From contig CACZZB010000001.1 in the NCBI GenBank assembly GCA_902785555.1, forward strand, positions 35,282 to 99,281: a stretch of 64,000 bases of DNA, in the 5' to 3' direction. This document shows, piece after piece, positions 8,103 to 17,364 of this stretch. Below the pieces are notes generated by a model. That model was not told where the DNA came from and searched no databases. It saw only the letters and a list, made by a program, of their open reading frames with translations. A program made the translations under genes and the position numbers. The stretch is from an uncultured Ruminococcus sp. (GTDB lineage Bacteria; Bacillota; Clostridia; Oscillospirales; Acutalibacteraceae). Within the stretch, counting starts at the first letter, position 1, and every line of letters begins with the position of its first letter.

Positions 8103-8591
8103 TCAGCTCTCACTCTTTCTGTAAAGTATGAACTTTCTTGCAAAAAAGTTCCACATATACACAAGAACTATCGCTATAACTTTTCCTATTATATAATAAT
8201 TATCCACCGAAACCAATGAACCGAATACAGCATTTTTTACCAAAAATCCCGTTGTATTGAATACATTCACTTCACAAAACGGTGCCATGATAAGCTCGGT
8301 CAGTCCCAATCCTATTATGCCTATAACCGCAAATCCGATAAAATCCACAGAACGATTTTTCACCTTTGCTTTCGAGAATACCCAAAATGTCGATACTATG
8401 TAATTTACGGTCAGTCCTGCAATGAATCCCATGACTGCTGCCCACGATTCGGGCATTTGAAACATCAACTTGCAAAGTATCAGCACTGCCATGTCAACTA
8501 CCGAGGCGATTCCGCCTACAAATATGCTCCTGAAAAACTGTATTGCTGTATTGCTCGTTTCCTCAATGAAAATTTTATGAAACCAACCCAT
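8103..8591 (-). CDS. GtrA-family membrane protein
   Basis: 162 aa with 4 TM segments. N-terminal ..QFFRSIFVGGIASVVDMAVL.. and C-terminal W.F..RKF.. are typical of GtrA-like proteins. Confidence 0.7.
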   Translation of the reverse strand: MGWFHKIFIEETSNTAIQFFRSIFVGGIASVVDMAVLILCKLMFQMPESWAAVMGFIAGLTVNYIVSTFWVFSKAKVKNRSVDFIGFAVIGIIGLGLTELIMAPFCEVNVFNTTGFLVKNAVFGSLVSVDNYYIIGKVIAIVLVYMWNFFARKFILYRKSES

Positions 8592-8646
8592 AATATCCCC
8601 CCATCGTCTTTATGTAAAAATATATTATCACAGTTTTTCGTTTAAA

Positions 8647-9117
8647 TCAAGGACTATTTATTATTGATTGTATTTTTTCCGATGTACGCTTATATAAATC
8701 ATAAAAAACAACTATATTTGTAATTATCTGCTTGCACATTATCTTCTGACTGCCCGCAAGTATGAACTGCTGACATGAATATACATCATTATTATCATCC
8801 ATTCCCGAATTTATGAATAAAAACCTGTCGTTCACTTTATTTATTTCCTCAAGGATATCATGACGCTTTTCTTCCGTTATCCCCCTTGCAATATATGCAC
8901 ATATCTCTGCACTGAACATTTCATCAATTATAAGAGTTATCGTTTCACTAAAAGAACCGTTCTCAGGGAAATTTATCGTGTATATCATCTGATCTTTATT
9001 TTTTATTGTCCTATAAGAAATATTCATCATCCCAAACGCTTCTTCAAGATAACATGATAGTTTACTGTCCAATTTTTGCCACTCCTTAATCATTCTCATG
9101 TTTTTAAATATTAACAT
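8647..9117 (-). CDS. hypothetical cytoplasmic protein
   Basis: 156-aa ORF in a coding-like context. I recognise no motif with confidence, and the start codon is uncertain. Confidence 0.45.
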   Translation of the reverse strand: MLIFKNMRMIKEWQKLDSKLSCYLEEAFGMMNISYRTIKNKDQMIYTINFPENGSFSETITLIIDEMFSAEICAYIARGITEEKRHDILEEINKVNDRFLFINSGMDDNNDVYSCQQFILAGSQKIMCKQIITNIVVFYDLYKRTSEKIQSIINSP

Positions 9118-9233
9118 ACTTTTTTATAAAAATATATCTCTTTTGAGAATAATTAAATAAAAATTATATTTTTGTTGATATTATATAAATTTTTTGTTAA
9201 TATTTTGAACAAACAAAACATAAAAAATTTTTA

Positions 9234-9262
9234 TTGACTTTTATATTTTTTTGTAGTACAAT
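9234..9262 (+). promoter_or_regulatory. sigma-A promoter for tRNA-Thr
   Basis: TTGACT (9234-9239), 17 nt spacer, TACAAT (9257-9262), ~17 nt upstream of the tRNA 5' end. Confidence 0.65.
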
Positions 9263-9278
9263 ATATCCGTTGACAATT

Positions 9279-9351
9279 GCTGATATAGCTCAGTTGGTAG
9301 AGCAGCTCATTCGTAATGAGCAGGTCGTGGGTTCGAGTCCCACTATCAGCT
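9279..9351 (+). tRNA. tRNA-Thr (anticodon CGT)
   Basis: Hand-folded cloverleaf. Acceptor gctgata/tatcagc, D stem gctc/gagc, anticodon stem gctca/tgagc with loop ttCGTaa, T stem gtggg/cccac with ttcgagt loop. 73 nt; CCA is not encoded. Confidence 0.93.
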
Positions 9352-9363
9352 TGATATCAAAAA

Positions 9364-9392
9364 AGTGACTTTTGAAAGTTTCAAGAGTCACT
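9364..9392 (+). terminator. intrinsic terminator after the tRNA
   Basis: agtgacttttgaa (9364-9376) pairs with ttcaagagtcact (9380-9392), followed by taattttttt. Confidence 0.75.
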
Positions 9393-9506
9393 TAATTTTT
9401 TTATATGAATATATTTTTTTCGGTACTTGTATTTTCAGTGCGATTAAAGTATAATTAACTGTGTATAAATAATCTGAATTCTAAGAAAAAGGTCGTGGAT
9501 TTAAAA

Positions 9507-11339
9507 ATGAAAAAATTTACTGCATTTATTGCAGCTGCTATACTGGCTCTTTCAATCTCCTTGCCTGTATTTGCAGAGCCTGTCGAGGACAGCATATCCC
9601 AATCATCTTCCGTACAGTCTTCCGGTATATCCTCCGGTGAAAGCCTTCCCGAACTTTCGGGATATACTCCGAAGATATACTATACAAGCTATCCTGTACC
9701 GGAAGCCGAAATGTATATTGACCTGCCAAATGATATGTATGTCCTTACAAAGAATATAGACGAAAATTCCCCTGTCCTCAAAGCCTGCAAGATAACAAAA
9801 GCTCAGCTTCTCAAATCCTTTGAACAAACGGGAAATTATATCAAAGCAAGCTCGAAGGATTTCACTTATGACATAACCGTCAACATACTTAAAAACAAAA
9901 ATACCAAAACCATTGATAACTTAGCCACACTTGATGATGAAGAAATAGAAAGTATAGTCAATAATACAATGAGACAATCAATATATACAAGCTGGTCTAA
10001 AAATGTCTATAACAATTCCATGTATCTCTCTTTCCCAATGCAGTTCAATGACGGCAATACAAGCGTTGCAGGTATTCAGCAATACACCATCATCAAAGGA
10101 ACAAGAATAGTTATAACATTCCAATCCTACACAGGTGAAATAAATGATACTTTCAATGAAATAATATCATCCGTTATGGAAAGCATCGTTTTTGACGGCA
10201 TCAATCCCAATACCGAAAGCTCCGAGCCTGTCGAAAACAAGTCTGCATTGGCAGACCTCGATATACGATACATCTATCTTCTTCTGGCATCTCTGATAGC
10301 ACTTATATTCCTCACACTGATTATCACAACGGCTATGAGATACAAAAAATCCCATAAACCACTCTCGTCTGAACCTGTTATCGACAATCCTCCTCAAGAC
10401 GAAGATAAAAAAGAAGAAATACAAGAAGAAACAAAGATACCGGAAAAAGACGAGATTCCTTCCGAAATTACAGAAACAAAAGACGAAGAACCCCCCGTAG
10501 CCGATACCCAAACAGAAGAAAATAACGAACAAAAATCAGAACCAACTCAAACCGAAGAAACTATTATTCCTCCTGCCGAGGAAAATACCGAAGCTGTTCC
10601 AAATACCAATGATGACTCTGAAAATATTGCAGATAACTCAAATGAAGAAGATGACCATTTGCCCGTCGTTCAAAATCAGCTTGAATTGGTCGAAATAGCT
10701 TTCAGGATAATCCCCGCACTTACACATGAAGATGAAGACCTGACCGAAATATGGAACTTTATATACAAAAAATTCAATGACATAGAGTTCTTCTCGGCTT
10801 ATTCAAACCAAAATCAAGCCAACGCCAATGCCTTTTACAAGATAAACTCTCAGAGCGATATCTCTGCTCCTCAAAAAAACGAGCAAACCATTGACGACGA
10901 AATACGCAATGAAACTCTTGAAAACGTTGTCGGTGACAATACACCCGAAACCATACAATTTGATAATACACATTCTCAGGAAACTCACGAAGAAGACCTC
11001 AATGAACTTATCTATGCAACTCCTCCAACGTATCCCGAAATCGAACCCGAAACAGATATACAAACAGAGCAAAATACCGAAAAACAACATATACAGGAAT
11101 CTGATGATGACTCCAAAATAAAGCCTATGCAGACTTCCGAAATGAAACTGGGTACTCCTCCGAAACGTCCGAAAAATGAAATATACAAAGCCAAGGAAGA
11201 AAGCGTTAAAAATCAAAATATCAGCCTTGAAATTTCAAGAGAAGATGACGGAAGCATAAAAATAGGTGCTAACAACGGTCAAAAATCCCTTGATGTTGAA
11301 ATCGAAGAACATAAAAAAAATAAATCTGAACATCAATAA
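9507..11339 (+). CDS. membrane-anchored protein with a secreted N-terminal domain and a long acidic low-complexity cytoplasmic tail
   Basis: Signal peptide MKKFTAFIAAAILALSISLPVFA and a central TM segment (IYLLLASLIALIFLTLIITTAM). The C-terminal half is rich in E/D/T/Q/N/P. The start (9495 GTG or 9507 ATG) is uncertain. Confidence 0.55.
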   Translation: MKKFTAFIAAAILALSISLPVFAEPVEDSISQSSSVQSSGISSGESLPELSGYTPKIYYTSYPVPEAEMYIDLPNDMYVLTKNIDENSPVLKACKITKAQLLKSFEQTGNYIKASSKDFTYDITVNILKNKNTKTIDNLATLDDEEIESIVNNTMRQSIYTSWSKNVYNNSMYLSFPMQFNDGNTSVAGIQQYTIIKGTRIVITFQSYTGEINDTFNEIISSVMESIVFDGINPNTESSEPVENKSALADLDIRYIYLLLASLIALIFLTLIITTAMRYKKSHKPLSSEPVIDNPPQDEDKKEEIQEETKIPEKDEIPSEITETKDEEPPVADTQTEENNEQKSEPTQTEETIIPPAEENTEAVPNTNDDSENIADNSNEEDDHLPVVQNQLELVEIAFRIIPALTHEDEDLTEIWNFIYKKFNDIEFFSAYSNQNQANANAFYKINSQSDISAPQKNEQTIDDEIRNETLENVVGDNTPETIQFDNTHSQETHEEDLNELIYATPPTYPEIEPETDIQTEQNTEKQHIQESDDDSKIKPMQTSEMKLGTPPKRPKNEIYKAKEESVKNQNISLEISREDDGSIKIGANNGQKSLDVEIEEHKKNKSEHQ

Positions 11340-11357
11340 AACTGGAGTGAATTTTCA

Positions 11358-12017
11358 ATGAACAATAACGACAAAAAAGATTTTGTGTTTGAACGTGATA
11401 CCGGTATCGAATTTCAGCACGCCAAACCATCCGAACAGCCTTTCAAGCTCAGCAAAAACCAATTTACGGTCATTCCTAAACTTGAAAGCGTAATGGCAGA
11501 AGAATATAATAAAAAATTCGAGGAAATGCGTAAGGCTATGCCAAAAAACCTCGCTTATGCCGGCAAATTCGGTAAAGAAAGCATCATTCCTCCGGGTGTT
11601 TCGGCAAAAAAACCTCAACCCAAAATACAGGACACACCCGAGATAAAGAATGAGCCTGCTTCCAAAAATACTTTTACGCCTGCTGTCGAAGAAGCTGTAA
11701 CACCTCCTCCGCCCAAAAATATCACCAACACGCCCGTTCAGCCCAAAAATGAGCCCGAGCCAAAACCTGCTCCCGTACAAACAAAAGAACCCGAAAAACC
11801 GCCTGTACAAGATGACCCTATCGTATTCTATACAGGATATGAATCCGAAAAAGACCCATTCAACGACGATACATATAAAAATCAGGAATTTGTTATAGAA
11901 AACGGCAACAAACCTAAAAATTCCTCCTTTGCGGACAAGATAAAACAAACTTTCCATAAGTTATTTTCAAATTCCGCCGAGGAAGATGAATTTGATAATT
12001 ACAATGATGATGAATAA
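11358..12017 (+). CDS. hypothetical Pro/Lys/Glu-rich protein
   Basis: 219 aa with RBS ggag 10 nt upstream. The central PKP/PEP-rich segment is low complexity. Preferred over the antisense 200-aa ORF, which is Phe/Arg-rich and has no RBS. Confidence 0.5.
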   Translation: MNNNDKKDFVFERDTGIEFQHAKPSEQPFKLSKNQFTVIPKLESVMAEEYNKKFEEMRKAMPKNLAYAGKFGKESIIPPGVSAKKPQPKIQDTPEIKNEPASKNTFTPAVEEAVTPPPPKNITNTPVQPKNEPEPKPAPVQTKEPEKPPVQDDPIVFYTGYESEKDPFNDDTYKNQEFVIENGNKPKNSSFADKIKQTFHKLFSNSAEEDEFDNYNDDE

Positions 12018-12035
12018 AAAAAGGCGGTGATATAT

Positions 12036-13295
12036 ATGAGTAAAATAATCATATCAAATGTAAGGATCATAGATCCCGAAAACAATACCGATAAGACAGG
12101 AAATATTTTTATAAAAGACGGTGTTTTTTCCGAGCCGTTTGATGATAACGATGTATTTATCGACGGAACCGGTCTTTGTGCCGCTCCCGGACTTGTCGAT
12201 CTTCATGTTCATCTGCGTGACCCCGGACAAACCTACAAGGAAGATATCATTACAGGCTGCAAAAGTGCCGCTGCCGGTGGTGTAACAAGTCTTCTTGCAA
12301 TGCCCAACACCATTCCTGCCGTAGATACCCCCGAAACAGTTGAATATATCCTTGACAAAGCTAAAAATGCAGACGCTCACGTATACGTTGTCGGTGCAAT
12401 AACGCACGACCTCAAAAGCAAAGTTCCCACTGATATTGATGCTCTCAGAAATGCGGGTATCTCTGCACTTTCCGATGACGGAAGACCTGTCGAAAATACC
12501 GCTTTCATGGCTGCCGCAATGAAAAAAGCCTATGAACTTGGTATCCCCGTCACCGCTCACTGCGAAGACCCTTATCTTGCAGGCGGCAAAGTCAATGAAG
12601 GCAGAATATCCGAAATGCTCGGTGTCAAAGGTATGCCTGCGGCTGCCGAAGATACAGGCACTGCACGTGAGATTGCTCTTGCAGCCGCCTATGGTCTTCC
12701 GATACATATTTGTCATGTCAGCACCGCAACATCCGCCGATATGATAAGAGATGCAAAAAAACGTGGTGTCAAAGTCACTGCCGAGACCGCTCCGCATTAT
12801 ATTATGCTGACCGAAAAGGAACTCGAAAAACGTGATGCCGATTACAGGATGAATCCTCCCCTGCGTACCGAAAAAGACCGTCTTGCCATGATAGAGGCTC
12901 TCTGTGACGGCACTATCGATGCAATAGCTACCGACCATGCACCTCATTCCCCCGACGAAAAATCCGATTTCGTCAATGCTCCCAACGGCTCAATAGGAAT
13001 GGAAACTTCATTTTCCGCTTCTTATACCGTACTTGTGAAAAGCGGCAGAATGACTCTATCTCAGCTTATAAATAAAATGTCCTGCACACCTGCAAAGATA
13101 CTTCATATAAATGCAGGCTCTCTTTCAATCGGTAAACCTGCCGACCTTATGCTGTTTGACCCCACTGAAACATGGACTGTCGACCCCGACAAATTCCACG
13201 GAAAATCCAAAAATTCTCCGTTCAAGGGTCTTACACTTACTTCCAAGGTAAAACTTACCGTTTGCGGCGGCAAAATAGTTTTCAATGAAATTTAA
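12036..13295 (+). CDS. pyrC: dihydroorotase
   Basis: Metal-binding DLHVHLRDPG motif, ...TDHAPH... and typical length. ATG at 12036 with RBS aaggcgg is preferred over the upstream GTG. Confidence 0.9.
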   Translation: MSKIIISNVRIIDPENNTDKTGNIFIKDGVFSEPFDDNDVFIDGTGLCAAPGLVDLHVHLRDPGQTYKEDIITGCKSAAAGGVTSLLAMPNTIPAVDTPETVEYILDKAKNADAHVYVVGAITHDLKSKVPTDIDALRNAGISALSDDGRPVENTAFMAAAMKKAYELGIPVTAHCEDPYLAGGKVNEGRISEMLGVKGMPAAAEDTGTAREIALAAAYGLPIHICHVSTATSADMIRDAKKRGVKVTAETAPHYIMLTEKELEKRDADYRMNPPLRTEKDRLAMIEALCDGTIDAIATDHAPHSPDEKSDFVNAPNGSIGMETSFSASYTVLVKSGRMTLSQLINKMSCTPAKILHINAGSLSIGKPADLMLFDPTETWTVDPDKFHGKSKNSPFKGLTLTSKVKLTVCGGKIVFNEI

Positions 13296-13315
13296 AATAA
13301 AAGGAGTAGATATCT

Positions 13316-14251
13316 ATGTCATTTGACAGACTTATCAAAAAAATCGCTGAAACCCAGAATCCCACAGTTGCAGGTCTTGACCCCAAACTCGATTTTATCC
13401 CCGACCATATCAAAGAAAATGCTTATATGGTATACGGAAAAACCCTTGAGGGTGCTGCCGAAGCTCTCTTTGAGTTCAACAAGGGTCTTATCGATGCACT
13501 GTGCGATATAGTTCCCGCTGTCAAGCCCCAAGCTGCTTATTACGAAATGTACGGCTGGCACGGTGTACACGCTCTCCGGAAAACTATCGAATATGCTAAA
13601 AGCAAGGGTATGTTCGTTATCACTGATGGCAAAAGAAATGACATCGGCACTACCATGACCGCCTATGCAAAAGCTCATCTCGGCATTACAGATATCGAAG
13701 GCGAATCCGTTGAGGCTTTCGGCTCTGATGCACTTACCGTAAACGCTTATCTCGGTACTGACGGTGTTAAACCTGTTATTGACGTATGCAAGGAATACGA
13801 TAAAGGTCTTTTCGTTCTCGTTAAGACCTCCAACCCATCCTCGGGCGAATTACAGGACAGGATACTTGATGACGGTCTTACAGTTTACAGAACCATGGGC
13901 AATATGTGCGAAACATGGGGCAATGACCTCATGGGCGAATACGGCTACTCAGGCGTAGGTGCTGTTGTAGGTGCTACTTACCCGAAACAGCTCGGTGAAC
14001 TCAGAAAAGCCCTCTCCCATACTTTCTTCCTTGTACCCGGATACGGTGCACAGGGCGGCGGAGCGGCTGATGTTGCTCCTGCATTTGATGAAAACGGTCT
14101 CGGTGCTGTGATAAATTCCTCCCGTGGTATCATGTGTGCTTGGAAAAAAGAACAGAACATTGATACAAAAGACTATGCACTTGCCGCAAGAAATGAAGCT
14201 GTAAGAATGCGTGACGAAATAATCTCATATATCGGAAAAATAAAACTCTGA
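13316..14251 (+). CDS. pyrF: orotidine 5'-phosphate decarboxylase (long, type 2 form)
   Basis: 311 aa with ..GLDP...IP.., ..KPQ.AYYE.. and ..DGKRNDIG.T.. motifs. Adjacent to pyrC. Confidence 0.88.
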   Translation: MSFDRLIKKIAETQNPTVAGLDPKLDFIPDHIKENAYMVYGKTLEGAAEALFEFNKGLIDALCDIVPAVKPQAAYYEMYGWHGVHALRKTIEYAKSKGMFVITDGKRNDIGTTMTAYAKAHLGITDIEGESVEAFGSDALTVNAYLGTDGVKPVIDVCKEYDKGLFVLVKTSNPSSGELQDRILDDGLTVYRTMGNMCETWGNDLMGEYGYSGVGAVVGATYPKQLGELRKALSHTFFLVPGYGAQGGGAADVAPAFDENGLGAVINSSRGIMCAWKKEQNIDTKDYALAARNEAVRMRDEIISYIGKIKL

Positions 14252-14260
14252 ATCAAAAAA

Positions 14261-14290
14261 GACCGCTGTATCTTCAAAAATACAGCGGTC
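14261..14290. terminator. bidirectional intrinsic terminator
   Basis: gaccgctgta (14261-14270) pairs with tacagcggtc (14281-14290), flanked by an A-run and a T-run. Confidence 0.8.
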
Positions 14291-14297
14291 TTATTTT

Positions 14298-15056
14298 TTA
14301 TCCTATAAACATCTGTGTCCAATAATTTCCGTCTGCAACATATCCCATACCTATCTCTTTGAAAGAAGCGTTAAGTATATTTGCACGGTGTCCCTCGGAA
14401 TTCATCCACGCATTTACCACTATTTCAGGTGTCTGCTGTCCCATGGCAATATTCTCACCCGCTGTACGATAGCTTATCCCGAACTGTTTCATCATATCAA
14501 ACGGACTTCCGTAAGTAGGCGAATTATGGCTGAAATATTTTTTATCTTTCATATCCTGTGACTTCATCCTTGCCACTTCCGACAGCTTATTATTCAATTT
14601 CAAAGCCGAAAGACCGTTTTTTACACGAATATCATTCACCAATTCAACGACCCTCTGTTCATACTCCGAAACTGTATGTTCTGTCCCAGAATTTGACGGT
14701 ACAGTTATCTCCGGCATTTCAATATTATTGCCGTTTTCGGCAGGTACTTCCTCATTGCCGCAATCCGTACACTGTTCATTATCTTCATTCGCAACAGGTA
14801 CTGCATTATTTTCTTTATTGCAGTCTGTGCACTGTTCATTATCAGGCAATATTCCCAGCTTTCCGATAAGCTCCTTTATATCCTCGTATGAACAATTCCC
14901 TGTCAGACACTTGATGTCATTCGCTGTGCAGTTTCCTCCGCTGCACACAAAAGTCTGTAAATCATACGGACATACTGCATTTGCAGATATTGCTCCGCCC
15001 GACAAGCCAAGCATCAATCCCATTATCAATGCTGATGTTTTAAATATGTTTTTCAT
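14298..15056 (-). CDS. secreted CAP/SCP (YkwD-like) domain protein
   Basis: Signal peptide, then a Cys-rich linker with duplicated NEQCTDC. C-terminal CAP domain: ..VN..R...GL..L.....L...A...S.DM....YF.H.SP.. and ...W..S.GH..N.L...F...G. Confidence 0.8.
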   Translation of the reverse strand: MKNIFKTSALIMGLMLGLSGGAISANAVCPYDLQTFVCSGGNCTANDIKCLTGNCSYEDIKELIGKLGILPDNEQCTDCNKENNAVPVANEDNEQCTDCGNEEVPAENGNNIEMPEITVPSNSGTEHTVSEYEQRVVELVNDIRVKNGLSALKLNNKLSEVARMKSQDMKDKKYFSHNSPTYGSPFDMMKQFGISYRTAGENIAMGQQTPEIVVNAWMNSEGHRANILNASFKEIGMGYVADGNYWTQMFIG

Positions 15057-15294
15057 AAGAAAAACCTCCTTGAATATTTTTTATGAAAACCTATTGTTAT
15101 CATCGGCTTTCTGATTTCCATTATAATGAACATTCAGTGTAAATTCAACCCACAAATAATGGCATTTCAGGACATATACGGATATCTCAAATAATCTCTG
15201 CCACTTTTTTTAACATAAAAAGACAACTTTGATTGATTGTAAATGTATTCTTCCCGTGATATAATAAATCCATCAAATGAAAGGAGATACAAAA

Positions 15295-15723
15295 ATGAAC
15301 GAAAGCTTACGCAAATTAAGGCTTGCCGCCAAGATGACTCAGGAAGACCTTGCCGAAAAAATGAACGTTTCAAGACAATCTGTCGCCAAATGGGAAAGCG
15401 GTGAGAGCGTTCCCGATATAACAAAATGCAACGAGCTTGCAAAAATTTTTTACCTTGAAATAAATGATATAGCAAATCTCTTTATACCTCAAACGGAAGG
15501 TAAAACGCTTCGCCCCAAAAACAAATATGTTTTCGGTGTCAGCAAAATAATCAACAATAAAATCATCATTCCCGATGAGGCTATGACGATATTCAATATC
15601 AAAAACGGTGATGAACTCATAATTCTCGGTGACACAACACAAGGTATCGCTTTAATACCCAAAAAAGGCTATGAGGATTTTTTTGACATGATCAACAACT
15701 TTAAACCATTAGGAGATGACTGA
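15295..15723 (+). CDS. XRE-family HTH regulator fused to a SpoVT/AbrB-like domain
   Basis: N-terminus LRKLRLAAKMTQEDLAEKMNVSRQSVAKWESGESVPD is the HTH_3 (XRE) pattern. The C-terminus ...IIIPDEAMTIFNIKNGDELIILGD...IALIPK looks like an AbrB/MazE-type swapped hairpin. ATG at 15295 follows RBS aaaggaga. Confidence 0.75.
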   Translation: MNESLRKLRLAAKMTQEDLAEKMNVSRQSVAKWESGESVPDITKCNELAKIFYLEINDIANLFIPQTEGKTLRPKNKYVFGVSKIINNKIIIPDEAMTIFNIKNGDELIILGDTTQGIALIPKKGYEDFFDMINNFKPLGDD

Positions 15724-15724
15724 A

Positions 15725-16447
15725 ATGAAAACCGCTATCAAAACAGTAAATTTGACTAAAAAATTCGGTGACAAAACAGCCGTTGACAACATGAACCTCG
15801 AAATATACGAGGGCGAAATTTTCGGTCTTTTAGGTGTCAACGGTGCAGGCAAAACTACCACTATCCGTATGCTGACGGGTCTTTCAGCCGTTACTGACGG
15901 TGATGCCTATGTCTTTGACTATGACATAAAAAAAGACCTCCAAAAAATCAAGGCTCTTATAAACATTTCCACTCAGGAAACTGCCGTTGCCGAAAATCTC
16001 ACAGTTAAGGAAAATCTTGAATTTATCGCCAATATCTACGGCATATCAAAAGAAAATACAGAAAATACCATGAAAGAAATCATATCTTCGCTTGAACTCG
16101 GTGAAGTCGAAAATCAAAAAGCCAAGACCCTTTCAGGCGGCTGGCAAAGACGTTTGAGTATCGCTATGGCTCTTATCACCAATCCGAAAATAATCTTCCT
16201 TGATGAACCTACTCTTGGTCTTGACGTTCTTGCAAGGCGTGAACTCTGGAAAGTAGTCGAGAACCTCAAAGGCAAGGTAACAATTATCCTTACAACTCAT
16301 TATCTTGAAGAAGTTGAGGCTCTCTGTGACAGAATAGCCGTTATGACAAACGGTAAAATAAAAGCTCTCGGTACTGCCGATGAACTTAAAAAATCCGTGG
16401 GCAAAGATAATCTTGAAGATGCATTCGTTGAAATTGTAGAAAACTGA
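15725..16447 (+). CDS. ABC transporter ATP-binding protein
   Basis: Walker A GVNGAGKTT, signature LSGGWQRRL, Walker B IIFLDEPT. ATG at 15725 has RBS aggaga 8 nt upstream. Confidence 0.9.
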   Translation: MKTAIKTVNLTKKFGDKTAVDNMNLEIYEGEIFGLLGVNGAGKTTTIRMLTGLSAVTDGDAYVFDYDIKKDLQKIKALINISTQETAVAENLTVKENLEFIANIYGISKENTENTMKEIISSLELGEVENQKAKTLSGGWQRRLSIAMALITNPKIIFLDEPTLGLDVLARRELWKVVENLKGKVTIILTTHYLEEVEALCDRIAVMTNGKIKALGTADELKKSVGKDNLEDAFVEIVEN

Positions 16448-16457
16448 GGTGTTTAAA

Positions 16458-17225
16458 ATGAAATCAATTACATTCGCTGTAAGAAATATGAAAGAACTGC
16501 TCCGTGATTTTATCAGCTATATATTCTGTCTGGGACTCCCTATAATAATGCTTGTCGTTATGACGCTGATAAATCAGTCCATTCCTCAAATGGAGGGAGC
16601 TCCCAAGGTATTCAACATAGAACAGCTTACTCCTGCAATGGCTGTATTCGCTATGACCTTCTTAATGCTCTTTGTCTGCATAAGAGTTTCTTCCGACAGG
16701 TCAAGTGCTTTTCTTACAAGACTTTATGCTTCACCAATGAAAAGCAGTGATTTTATAATCGGCTATGTTCTCCCCTTCGCTCTTACGGGCATTATTCAGG
16801 CTGTTATTACATATCTTTGCGGTGAAATAATCTCCCTCATAGTAAACGGTGAAAGCCTTAATATCGGATATATGCTCCTGTCAATTCCACTGTTGATTCC
16901 TGCAATAGTTCTGTTCATAGGCATAGGCATCATTTTTGGAACATTCTTCAACGCAAAAGCCGCTCCCGGACTTTGCTCCGCTGTTATTACAGGTGCAGCT
17001 ATACTTGGCGGTATCTGGATGGATATCGACACAATGGGCGACGGCTGGAAAACAGTTTGCAGTTGTCTGCCTTTCTATCACAGTGTACAGTATGCACGTT
17101 ATGCACTTGCAGGAAATTTCAGCGATATGCTCACTCCTATGCTTATCTGTACGGCATTTGCAATAGTTATCTTCACCGCTTCGATAATCGCATTCGCTTT
17201 CAAGATGAAATCAGACAAAAAATAA
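16458..17225 (+). CDS. ABC-2 type transporter permease
   Basis: ~255 aa with 6 hydrophobic segments, immediately after the ATPase. RBS gaggtg. Confidence 0.75.
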   Translation: MKSITFAVRNMKELLRDFISYIFCLGLPIIMLVVMTLINQSIPQMEGAPKVFNIEQLTPAMAVFAMTFLMLFVCIRVSSDRSSAFLTRLYASPMKSSDFIIGYVLPFALTGIIQAVITYLCGEIISLIVNGESLNIGYMLLSIPLLIPAIVLFIGIGIIFGTFFNAKAAPGLCSAVITGAAILGGIWMDIDTMGDGWKTVCSCLPFYHSVQYARYALAGNFSDMLTPMLICTAFAIVIFTASIIAFAFKMKSDKK

Positions 17226-17242
17226 TATACCCCCTTTTCTAT

Positions 17243-17287
17243 GCCGCCTTGCTTGGACAGATACACTCTGTTTTCAAAAAAGGCGGC
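17243..17287 (+). terminator. probable intrinsic terminator
   Basis: gccgcctt (17243-17250) pairs with aaggcggc (17280-17287), followed by tttttt. The loop is long. Confidence 0.45.
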
Positions 17288-17364
17288 TTTTTTATCTTGA
17301 ATTATATCCCGAACCGTGTTATAATCGAACAGATGTATTTATAAAAAAAACAGGAAATCAAAAA

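Noticed and set aside
12054-12947. 297-aa ORF antisense to pyrC, and similar long antisense ORFs at 63189-63836 (groEL), 42264-42917 (spoIVB), 54454-55101 (ABC ATPase), 11355-11957 and 36463-36822
   Set aside because: These are shadow ORFs opposite well-supported genes. They lack an RBS, have skewed low-complexity composition, and show no motifs.
14261-14290. Terminator stem-loops at 14261-14290 and 45947-45971 share cugUAUCUUCAAAA(A/G)AUACAg
   Set aside because: A ~21-nt similarity confined to a hairpin top could be chance or convergent in AT-rich terminators. With only two instances there is no further shared flank.
15167-15475. 102-aa minus-strand ORF overlapping the XRE regulator start
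   Set aside because: It is antisense to the motif-supported HTH gene, has no RBS, and is Arg/Phe/Leu-rich.
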